Shown here one piece after another: positions 50,991 through 59,282 of a DNA stretch of 64,000 bases. The DNA is taken from contig CAVSUY010000022.1 in assembly GCA_963731035.1 (NCBI GenBank), forward strand, positions 4,887 to 68,886, in the 5' to 3' direction. The translations under genes were made by a program, and so were the position numbers. Positions within the stretch are counted from its first letter, which is position 1. Each line of letters starts with the position of its first letter. Below the pieces are notes generated by a model. That model had not been told where the DNA came from, did no database searches, and was given only the letters and a program-made list of their open reading frames with translations. The stretch comes from an uncultured Gammaproteobacteria bacterium (GTDB taxonomy: Bacteria > Pseudomonadota > Gammaproteobacteria > Arenicellales > JAANXG01).

Positions 50991-51728
50991 TCAGATGCTC
51001 CTCGGTTTCCGGCCCGTGCGCGGCTTTTCCACCCATTGCACGGGCTGTTCCCGCCATTGTTTGGTTGCGCCGCAGTTGGTGTGCTCCTGTCCCGGTCCGA
51101 AGATGACCGGCGCCTCCATCCAGGCGCGATCGAGCGCCGCCGGCGTATCGTCGCGCTCCTCGCCCGCGGTCGTCTCCAACATCGCCCCGGGCATCGGATC
51201 CAAGCCGATGATTCGCAGCAGCACACGCATCGGCACGGCGTGCCGACTCTCGCGATCATGCAGACGTACGTGCACTTGCTGCACGATCTCTCCGATTTCT
51301 TCCAGCCAGGAGCGCGCCTGCTCTTCCGGCAGCTCGGAGCAGAACTCCAGGAACATGGGCAGGAAGTCGGGCAGCTCGCGGCTGTCGATTTCCAGTCCCT
51401 GCTCCCGGTAGGACTCGCGCAACTCCACCATGGCCGGACCGCGGTCGCGTGACTCGCCATATACATGCTCGAAGAGGTACAGGGATACCTTCTTGCTGCG
51501 ATCGAAGGTTTCGACATAAACGGCCTGGATGTCGAGCAGCGGCGCGCCGCCAAACCAGTCCAGAAAGTCCTCCAGGGCAAGGCGCTCTTCGGACCCCAGC
51601 TCCGGCCGGATCACGAGCAACGCACCGATTTCACCGGTGTTGCGCTGGACGTCGTCCTCGGGGTAGGCGAGCAGTGCGGCGATCGCTCTCAACGGATACC
51701 GCAGGGGATTTTCGTGGGGCGCGTTCAT
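50991..51728 (-). CDS. narJ: nitrate reductase chaperone
   Basis: LLAYPEDD...VYVETFD...SLYLFEHVYGESRDRG. ATGA overlap with the narH stop. Confidence 0.9.
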   Translation of the reverse strand: MNAPHENPLRYPLRAIAALLAYPEDDVQRNTGEIGALLVIRPELGSEERLALEDFLDWFGGAPLLDIQAVYVETFDRSKKVSLYLFEHVYGESRDRGPAMVELRESYREQGLEIDSRELPDFLPMFLEFCSELPEEQARSWLEEIGEIVQQVHVRLHDRESRHAVPMRVLLRIIGLDPMPGAMLETTAGEERDDTPAALDRAWMEAPVIFGPGQEHTNCGATKQWREQPVQWVEKPRTGRKPRSI

Positions 51729-53293
51729 TGATGGGTCTCCGGCACTTTCGACCGCATGGCGGCGCCGGCCGGCTTCTGGTGCTCGCGCTGGCGCGGGCTC
51801 TTGCTGCCAAACAGGTTGGTGCGCGTGACCCCGTGAGTGTGGCAGCCGTCGCCGAAGCTGAAACCGCACCCGCTGCGCTCGCCGTACGGATCGTCGCTGG
51901 AGAGCTCCCGGTGGTTGGTGGGCACCACGAAGCGGTCCTCGTAGTTGGCGATGGCCATGTATCGGTACATCTCCTCGACCTGGTTCTCGTCCATCCCCAC
52001 CTGCTCGAGCACCTCGTGCCGCGGCTCACCCTCCACCGTCTGCGAGCGCTTGAATACCCGCATCGCCAGCAGGCGGCGCAGCGCGTGGATCACCGGGCGC
52101 TCGTCGCCGCCGGTGAGCATGTTGGCCAGGTACATGACCGGGATGCGCAACGACTCGACGTCCGGGATCAAGCCGTCCAACCCGACCTTGCCGGTGTCGG
52201 CGGCAGCCTGGACCGGCGACAGCGGCGGCACGTACCAGACCATGGGCAGAGTGCGGTACTCGGGGTGCAGGGGGAACGCGACCTTCCAGTCGATGGCCAT
52301 CTTGTAGACCGGAGAGCGCCGCGCCGCTTCCAGCCAGGAATCCTGTACGCCGTCGGCGCGCGCCTGGCGGATTACCTCGGGGTCGTTTGGATCGAGGAAG
52401 ATATCGAGCTGGGCCTGGTAAAGGTCCTGCTCGTTGGGCACGCTCGCAGCCTCCTTGATGCGGTCGGCATCGTAAAGCACCACGCCGAGGTAGCGGATGC
52501 GGCCCACACAGGTCTCGGAGCACACGGTGGGCTGGCCCGACTCGATGCGCGGGTAGCAGAAGGTGCATTTCTCCGACTTGCCCGACTGCCAGTTGTAGTA
52601 GATCTTCTTGTAGGGACAGCCCGAGATACACATGCGCCAGCCGCGGCACTTGTCCTGGTCGATGAGGACGATGCCGTCCTCCTCGCGCTTGTAGATCGCG
52701 CCGCTCGGGCAGCTCGCCACGCAGCTCGGGTTCAGGCAGTGCTCACACAGGCGCGGCAGGTACATCATGAAGGTGTTCTCGAACTGGCCGTAGATCTCCT
52801 TCTGAACGTTCTCGAAGTTGCAGTCCCGGGAACGCTTGGCGAACTCGCCGCCCAGAATCTCCTCCCAGTTCGGCCCCCACTCGATCTTCTCCATGGGTTT
52901 GCCGGTGATGGCCGAGTAGGGCTTGGCGGTCGGCTGCGCCTTCGAAGCGGGCGCCGTCTGCAGGCGCTGGTAGTCGAAGTTGTACGGCTCGTAGTAGTCG
53001 TCGATCTCGGGCAGGTGGGGATTGGCGAAGATCTTGGCCAGCAGGCGCCACTTGCCGCCCTGCTTCGGCGTGATGTCGCCGTCGCTGCGACGCACCCAGC
53101 CGCCCTTCCAGCGGTCCTGGTTCTCCCAGTCCTTGGGGTAGCCGATGCCGGGCTTGGTCTCGACGTTGTTGAACCACGCGTATTCCATGCCCTCGCGCGA
53201 GGTCCACACGTTCTTGCAGGTCACCGAGCAGGTGTGGCAGCCGATGCACTTGTCGAGGTTCAGGACTTTTCCGATCTGCGCGCGAACCTTCAT
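51725..53293 (-). CDS. narH: respiratory nitrate reductase beta subunit
   Basis: MKVRAQIGKVLNLDKCIGCHTCSVTCKNVW plus further Fe-S Cys clusters. 522 aa. Confidence 0.95.
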   Translation of the reverse strand: MKVRAQIGKVLNLDKCIGCHTCSVTCKNVWTSREGMEYAWFNNVETKPGIGYPKDWENQDRWKGGWVRRSDGDITPKQGGKWRLLAKIFANPHLPEIDDYYEPYNFDYQRLQTAPASKAQPTAKPYSAITGKPMEKIEWGPNWEEILGGEFAKRSRDCNFENVQKEIYGQFENTFMMYLPRLCEHCLNPSCVASCPSGAIYKREEDGIVLIDQDKCRGWRMCISGCPYKKIYYNWQSGKSEKCTFCYPRIESGQPTVCSETCVGRIRYLGVVLYDADRIKEAASVPNEQDLYQAQLDIFLDPNDPEVIRQARADGVQDSWLEAARRSPVYKMAIDWKVAFPLHPEYRTLPMVWYVPPLSPVQAAADTGKVGLDGLIPDVESLRIPVMYLANMLTGGDERPVIHALRRLLAMRVFKRSQTVEGEPRHEVLEQVGMDENQVEEMYRYMAIANYEDRFVVPTNHRELSSDDPYGERSGCGFSFGDGCHTHGVTRTNLFGSKSPRQREHQKPAGAAMRSKVPETHQ

Positions 53294-56200
53294 CGTACGT
53301 ACTCCTGACTGATAATGCTTTCGTCGTCGCCTTCCAACCAGTCGACGCGGTCCATCTTGCGGACCACGACGAATTCGTCGCGGTTGGAGCCGACGGTACC
53401 GTAATAGTTGAAGCCGTAGCTCTGCTGGGCGTAGCCGCCGATCATGTGGGTCGGCTTGACCACGGCGCGGGTCACCGAGTTGTGGATGCCGCCGCGCACC
53501 CCTGTGATCTCGGAGCCGGGCGTGTTCACGATGCGTTCCTGGGCGTGGTACATCATCGCCATGCCCTCGCGTACCCGCTGGGATACCACTGCCCGGGCCA
53601 CCACGGCGCCATTGATGTTGTAGACCTCGATCCAGTCGTTGTCCTCGATGCCAACTTTCTGCGCATCCTTCTCCGACAGCCATACGATGGGTCCGCCGCG
53701 GGACAGGGTGAGCATGATCAGATTGTCGCTGTAGGTGCTGTGAATGCCCCACTTCTGGTGCGGGGTGATCCAGTTGAGCACGATCTCCGGGTTGCCGTTG
53801 GGTTTGCTGCCGACGATCTGCTTCCAGGTCTTGGTGTTCACCGGCGGCCGGTAGGACACCAGCGCCTCACCGAAGCCGCGCATCCACTTGTGGTCCTGGT
53901 AGAGCTGCTGGCGGCCGGTGAGGGTGCGCCAGGGGATCAGTTCGTGGACATTGGTCCAGCCGGCGTTGTAGCAGACCTTCTCCGACTCGATGCCGGACCA
54001 GGTCGGCGAGGAGATGATCTTGCGCGGCTGGGCCTGGATGTCGCGGAAGCGGATCTTCTCGTCCTGCTTGTGGATGGCGAGATGGGCGTGCTCGCGCCCG
54101 GTGACTTTCTCCAGCGCCTGCCAGGCCTTGACCGCCACTTCGCCGTTGGTCTCGGGTGCCAGGGACATGATCGCCTCGGCGGCGTCGATGGCGCTGACCA
54201 TGCGCGGGTGCCCGCGGGCGGCTTTGCCGCCGGTATGGCGGCCGTTCAGTTGACCGAGATACTCGACTTCGCTCTCAGTGTTCCAGGAAATGCCCTTGCC
54301 GCCGTTGCCGAGCTTCTCCAGCAGCGGGCCGATGGACGTGAAACGCTCGTAGGTGGCGGGATAGTCGCGCTCCACCACCAGCAGATTGGGCATGGTCTTA
54401 CCGGGCACCGGCTCGCACTCGCCGCGCTTCCAGTCGCGCACATCGAACGCCTGGCCCAATTCGCCGGGCGTATCGTGCAGCAGCGGCAGGGTCACGAGGT
54501 CCTGCTCGACCCCGAGATGCCCATCGACCAGCTCGGAGAACTTCTTCGCGATCCCCTTGAAGATGTCCCAGTCGGAGCGCGACTCCCAGGCGGGATTCAC
54601 CGCTTCGGACAAGGGATGGATGAAGGGATGCATGTCCGATGTATTCAAGTCGTCCTTCTCGTACCAGGTTGCCGTGGGGAGAACGACGTCCGAATACAGG
54701 CAGGTGGTGGACATGCGGAAGTCCAGGGTTACCAGGAGATCGAGCTTGCCTTCCGGCGCCTGCTCATGCCACACGACCTCCTCTCCGCCCTGCTCGGCGG
54801 GGTCGCCCAGGTCCTTGCCTTGCACGCCGTCGTCGGTGCCGAGGAGGTGTCGAAGCAGGTACTCGTGGCCCTTGCCGCTGGAGCCCAGCAGGTTGGAGCG
54901 CCACACGAACAGGTTGCGCGGGAAATTCTCCGGCGCGTCCGGATCCTCGCAGGCCAGACGCAGATCGCCGGACTTGAGCTGCTCAACCACATAGTCCTTC
55001 GGATCCTTGCCAGCCGCGGCGGCGTGGCGCGCGACCTCCAGCGGATTACGGTTGAGCTGCGGCGCCGACGGCAGCCAGCCCATGCGCTCGGCACGCACGT
55101 TGTAGTCTATGAGACTGCCGGGCCAATCGGCCGGATCGGCAAGCGGCGAAAGGATCTCGTCGACGTGCAGCTTTTCGTAGCGCCACTGGTCCGAGTGGGC
55201 GTACCAGAACGAGGTGCCGTTCATGTGCCGCGGCGGGCGTACCCAATCCAGGGCAAACGCCACCGGCAGCCAGCCGGTCTGCGGACGCAGCTTCTCCTGG
55301 CCAACGTAATGCGCCCAACCGCCGCCGCTCTTGCCGATGCAGCCGCACATCACCAGCATGTTGATGATGCCGCGGTAGTTCATGTCCATGTGATACCAGT
55401 GGTTGAGACCGGCGCCGAGGATCACCATGGAACGCCCTTCGGTCTTCGCCGCGTTGTCGGCGAACTCCCGGGCCACGCGGATCACGTCGTCGGCCGGGAC
55501 CCCGGTGATCGCTTCCTGCCACTTCGGGGTATACGGCACGTCGTCGTCGAAGGAACTCGCCACGGCGTCGTCGCCCAGACCGCGATCGACGCCGTAGTGG
55601 GCGGCCATCAGATCGAAGACGGTGGCCGCGCTCACGGTACGGCCATCCGCCAGCTGGACGCGCTTCACCGGAACCTTGCGCTCCAGAACATCCTGCTGGG
55701 TATTGTGGGTGAAGTACTCGTGCTCGACGCCTCCGAAATACGGAAACGATACGGTTTCCACCGCGTCATGGTCGTCGACCATCGACAGCCGCAGGCGGGT
55801 CTCGCCGCCCCCGCCGCCTTCCTTCTCCTCGAGGTTCCATTTCCCGCTCTTGTCCCAGCGAAAGCCGATTGAGCCCTGCGGCGCCACCAGCCTCTTCGAC
55901 TCCTCGTCCCAGGCAATGGTCTTCCAGTCCGCATTGTCCTTCCCGCCCGGGTTGCCCGTCAGATCGCTCGCCCGCAGGAAACGACCCGGCACCTGTCGGC
56001 CGCCGCTCTCCTCGAGTTCCACCAGCATCGGCATGTCGGTGTAGCGCCGGCAGTAGTCGGTGAAGTACGGCGTCTGTTTATCGACATGGAATTCCTTGAG
56101 GATGACGTGCCCCAGCGCCATCGCCAGCGCTGCGTCCGTGCCCTGCTTGGGCGACAGCCACAGGTCGGCAAACTTGGTGGCCTCGGCATAGTCCGGAGAG

Positions 56201-57042
56201 CAGACTACGATCTTGGTGCCGTTGTAGCGCGCCTCGGTCATGAAATGCGCATCCGGGGTGCGCGTCTGCGGCACGTTGGAGCCCCACATCATGATGAACT
56301 TCGAGTTGTACCAGTCGGCGGACTCCGGCACGTCGGTCTGCTCGCCCCAGGTCATGGGGGAGCTGGGCGGCAGGTCGCAGTACCAGTCGTAGAAGGACAG
56401 GCACACGCCGCCGATAAGCGACAGGTAGCGGCTCCCCGCCGCGTATGAAATCATGGACATCGCCGGAATGGGCGAGAAGCCGATAACACGATCGGGGCCG
56501 TAGCGCTTCACCGTGTAGACATTGGCAGCCGCAACCAGCTCGTCGACTTCTTCCCAGGTTGAACGCACGAGGCCGCCCAGACCGCGCCGCTTCTGATAGC
56601 GGCGCCGTTTGTCCGGATCCTCGACAATGGAGCGCCACGCCTCGACCGGATCGGCGTTAGTCTCCCGCGCCTCGCGCCACAATCCGAGCAAGGTGCCCCG
56701 AACCATGGGGTACTTCAGGCGCGCGGCGCTGTAGATGTACCAGGAATAGCTGGCGCCCCGGGCGCACCCCCGGGGCTCGTGGTTGGGCATGTCGGGACGG
56801 GTGCGCGGGTAGTCCGTCTGCTGCGTTTCCCAGGTCACCAGGCCGTCTTTCACGTAGATCTTCCAGGAGCACGCACCAGTGCAGTTCACGCCGTGGGTCG
56901 AGCGCACCACTTTGTCGTGCTGCCAACGCTGGCGGTATGACTTCTCCCAGGACCGATCCTCACTGGTCGTGCGGCCATGGCCGCCGGAGAACTCGCTGCC
57001 GGTCCGAGAGAGAAACCGCATGCGGTCAAGAAAATGACTCAT
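53290..57042 (-). CDS. narG: respiratory nitrate reductase alpha subunit
   Basis: 1250 aa. MSHFLDRMRFL...HGVNCTGACSW... Confidence 0.97.
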   Translation of the reverse strand: MSHFLDRMRFLSRTGSEFSGGHGRTTSEDRSWEKSYRQRWQHDKVVRSTHGVNCTGACSWKIYVKDGLVTWETQQTDYPRTRPDMPNHEPRGCARGASYSWYIYSAARLKYPMVRGTLLGLWREARETNADPVEAWRSIVEDPDKRRRYQKRRGLGGLVRSTWEEVDELVAAANVYTVKRYGPDRVIGFSPIPAMSMISYAAGSRYLSLIGGVCLSFYDWYCDLPPSSPMTWGEQTDVPESADWYNSKFIMMWGSNVPQTRTPDAHFMTEARYNGTKIVVCSPDYAEATKFADLWLSPKQGTDAALAMALGHVILKEFHVDKQTPYFTDYCRRYTDMPMLVELEESGGRQVPGRFLRASDLTGNPGGKDNADWKTIAWDEESKRLVAPQGSIGFRWDKSGKWNLEEKEGGGGGETRLRLSMVDDHDAVETVSFPYFGGVEHEYFTHNTQQDVLERKVPVKRVQLADGRTVSAATVFDLMAAHYGVDRGLGDDAVASSFDDDVPYTPKWQEAITGVPADDVIRVAREFADNAAKTEGRSMVILGAGLNHWYHMDMNYRGIINMLVMCGCIGKSGGGWAHYVGQEKLRPQTGWLPVAFALDWVRPPRHMNGTSFWYAHSDQWRYEKLHVDEILSPLADPADWPGSLIDYNVRAERMGWLPSAPQLNRNPLEVARHAAAAGKDPKDYVVEQLKSGDLRLACEDPDAPENFPRNLFVWRSNLLGSSGKGHEYLLRHLLGTDDGVQGKDLGDPAEQGGEEVVWHEQAPEGKLDLLVTLDFRMSTTCLYSDVVLPTATWYEKDDLNTSDMHPFIHPLSEAVNPAWESRSDWDIFKGIAKKFSELVDGHLGVEQDLVTLPLLHDTPGELGQAFDVRDWKRGECEPVPGKTMPNLLVVERDYPATYERFTSIGPLLEKLGNGGKGISWNTESEVEYLGQLNGRHTGGKAARGHPRMVSAIDAAEAIMSLAPETNGEVAVKAWQALEKVTGREHAHLAIHKQDEKIRFRDIQAQPRKIISSPTWSGIESEKVCYNAGWTNVHELIPWRTLTGRQQLYQDHKWMRGFGEALVSYRPPVNTKTWKQIVGSKPNGNPEIVLNWITPHQKWGIHSTYSDNLIMLTLSRGGPIVWLSEKDAQKVGIEDNDWIEVYNINGAVVARAVVSQRVREGMAMMYHAQERIVNTPGSEITGVRGGIHNSVTRAVVKPTHMIGGYAQQSYGFNYYGTVGSNRDEFVVVRKMDRVDWLEGDDESIISQEYVR

Positions 57043-57062
57043 TGTCTACCTCCTAAAAATTT

Positions 57063-57088
57063 CCCCTCTCCCGCTGGCGTGAGAGGGA
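57063..57088. repeat. G/C-rich hairpin (family 3) between narK and narG
   Basis: cccctctcccgcTGgcgtgagaggga, compare ccctctcccgcTTgcgggagaggg at 18.4 kb. Confidence 0.7.
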
Positions 57089-57143
57089 GTCCTCTTGCGA
57101 CATCGTCTCGAAAGGAGGGAAAGGGAACTTTGTTTCAATTCAC

Positions 57144-58460
57144 TCACGCGGTTTCCGCCGCGCCGGCAATCCGTCGGGGCTTCGTCATCCATATCAGCAC
57201 AACCGACAGCAGCGCGAGTGCCACGTACACCAGGTAACCGCGTGCATAGCCCACCGGTCCCATCCATTCGACAGTCTTGCCGAGCATCGGCGGGACAGCG
57301 AACCCGCCCAGGGCGCCCAAGCCACCGACCCAACCGGCGGCGCCGCCAACGGCATTAGGGACGTAGTCTGGAACCAGCCGGAACACTGCGGCGTTGTTTA
57401 CGCCCATGCCAACCGCCACCACCAGCATCGCGATACCGGCCAGCACGGGACCTTCGGAAAAGCTCACTAGCAACGCGCCGGCAAGCAGTATCAACAAAGA
57501 GACCGCCGCCACGCGTTCACCGCCAAGACGGTCGGAAAGGCTGCCTCCGGGAACGCGGATAATAGACGCCAGCAGCGAAAATGATGCCGTCATGATCACG
57601 GCGGTCCAGTTGGATACACCGAAGTAGCTCTGCCAGTAGTTCGGCAGCCACGCGGTCAGGGCGAGGAATCCACCGAAGGTCGTGAAATAGAGGATCACCA
57701 GAACCCATGTGCGCCAGATCTTTGCCGCTTCCAGCAACGCGTGCAGAGCCGATTTCTGGGGAAACACTTCCTGGCCCTCGGCTTGCGCCTTCTTGCGCGC
57801 CTCGGCGGGGTCGATGCCATGCTTACGGATCTGGAAGTACCAGGCGTTCTGACCCAGAAAGTAGTACAGGATCAAGCCGGCGATCACGATCGCCACCGAA
57901 ACCAGGTACGCCATCCACAAGCCGGCGAAGGCGATAATCAAGGGCAGGATCAGTACCACCAGACCCGGCGAGGTGTTGCCGAGGCCGGCGTAGATGGCCA
58001 GGGCGGAACCCTGCTGGCTGCGCGGGTACCAGTACGACACCTGGCCGATACCGACGCTGAACGTCGCAATACCACAGCCGGCAAATGCGCCGAACAACAG
58101 CAGCAACGGGTAGTACGCCTGCGTCAGATGCTCCGGGTACAGGGTGAGCAGCATGTACCACAGGCCCGCGATGCCTATCAGCGACAGCACGAGCAGCACC
58201 AGGAACGGCTGCTTGCCGCCGGTGCTGTCCACCCAGGCGCCGAACGGAATACGCAGCAGCGAGCCGGTCAGCAGGGGAATCGAGACCAGCAGTCCGACCT
58301 GCGTCGGCGTGAGCTGCATCACTTCGATGAAGCGATGAGCGGTGGGACCGAACAGCGAGACGGCTCCGAACCCGATGAAGAAGCCGATTGTGGCGCCGAA
58401 CAGCGCGTCTCGCGGACTACCACTGAGGGCCAACTCCCGCCCCGGAGTTGTCTGTGCCAT
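57144..58460 (-). CDS. narK: MFS nitrate/nitrite transporter
   Basis: 438 aa, 12-TM MFS. Position upstream of narG and Gly-rich NNP-type motifs. Confidence 0.88.
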   Translation of the reverse strand: MAQTTPGRELALSGSPRDALFGATIGFFIGFGAVSLFGPTAHRFIEVMQLTPTQVGLLVSIPLLTGSLLRIPFGAWVDSTGGKQPFLVLLVLSLIGIAGLWYMLLTLYPEHLTQAYYPLLLLFGAFAGCGIATFSVGIGQVSYWYPRSQQGSALAIYAGLGNTSPGLVVLILPLIIAFAGLWMAYLVSVAIVIAGLILYYFLGQNAWYFQIRKHGIDPAEARKKAQAEGQEVFPQKSALHALLEAAKIWRTWVLVILYFTTFGGFLALTAWLPNYWQSYFGVSNWTAVIMTASFSLLASIIRVPGGSLSDRLGGERVAAVSLLILLAGALLVSFSEGPVLAGIAMLVVAVGMGVNNAAVFRLVPDYVPNAVGGAAGWVGGLGALGGFAVPPMLGKTVEWMGPVGYARGYLVYVALALLSVVLIWMTKPRRIAGAAETA

Positions 58461-58519
58461 TGCTGCATCTCCCGTTAATGTCTACGCGCGACTCTAGTGC
58501 AGCCCGGCGCCGGTTGTAC

Positions 58520-58533
58520 TTGACAATAGTCAA
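58520..58533 (-). promoter_or_regulatory. putative FNR/ANR/Dnr-type box
   Basis: TTGACaataGTCAA is a perfect palindrome ~60-70 nt upstream of the narK ATG. Confidence 0.5.
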
Positions 58534-58723
58534 GCTGTGCGACGGAATGTGAGGAAAGGGTCCCGGTGAATGCAAATAAGGGCAGCGGGCGGGCATACGG
58601 GCCGTATCCGCTCGTGCCGCGCCAGGGTTTGCGGCAATTCGGGTGTCACCGTGTCGTGGCGCGGGACCCTGCCGGTTGGCCGCGGTCAACCACCACTCAA
58701 CATCGCTACCTGGAGGTGTTCAA

Positions 58724-59278
58724 ATGAGTATCGGTCGCTCACTGCTGGCTCTGATTCTTCTGGCGTCGATCCCGGCCGTTCACGCGGCGGGCTTCAGTGT
58801 CACCAGCCCCGACGTTCAAGAGGGCGGAACCATCGCCAACGAGCAGGTCTACAATGGCTTTGGGTGTTCGGGCGACAACGTGTCGCCGGCCTTGAGCTGG
58901 TCCGGCGCGCCGGCCGGCACCAAGAGCTTCGCGGTGACCTTGTACGATCCGGACGCCCCAACGGGCAGCGGCTGGTGGCACTGGCTGGTTTTCAATATTC
59001 CCGCCTCCGTCACCGCGCTCGCCAAGGGTGCCGGAGATCCATCCGCCGGCACGCTGCCGGACGGCAGCGTTCAAAGCCGCACGGATTTCGGCCAACCCGG
59101 CTACGGCGGACCCTGCCCCCCGCAAGGCGACGCACCGCACCACTACATCTTCACCGTCTACGCGCTGAAGACCGACCACCTGGAGATCGACAGCAACGCG
59201 CCCGGCGCGATGGTGGGCTTCAACCTGCACGCGGCCATGATCGGCAAGGCGATGTTGACCGCGACTTACGGGAGGTAG
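58724..59278 (+). CDS. YbhB/YbcL (PEBP) family periplasmic protein
   Basis: Signal peptide MSIGRSLLALILLASIPAVHA. LYDPDAPTGSGWWHW motif. GGAGG SD. Confidence 0.85.
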   Translation: MSIGRSLLALILLASIPAVHAAGFSVTSPDVQEGGTIANEQVYNGFGCSGDNVSPALSWSGAPAGTKSFAVTLYDPDAPTGSGWWHWLVFNIPASVTALAKGAGDPSAGTLPDGSVQSRTDFGQPGYGGPCPPQGDAPHHYIFTVYALKTDHLEIDSNAPGAMVGFNLHAAMIGKAMLTATYGR

Positions 59279-59282
59279 CCGC

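Noticed and set aside
51449-55872. 619-aa and 808-aa plus-strand ORFs antisense to narJ/narH/narG; also the 675-aa N-terminally extended narH ORF
   Set aside because: Antisense GC shadows. The narH start is fixed by MKVRAQIGK and an ATGA overlap with narG.
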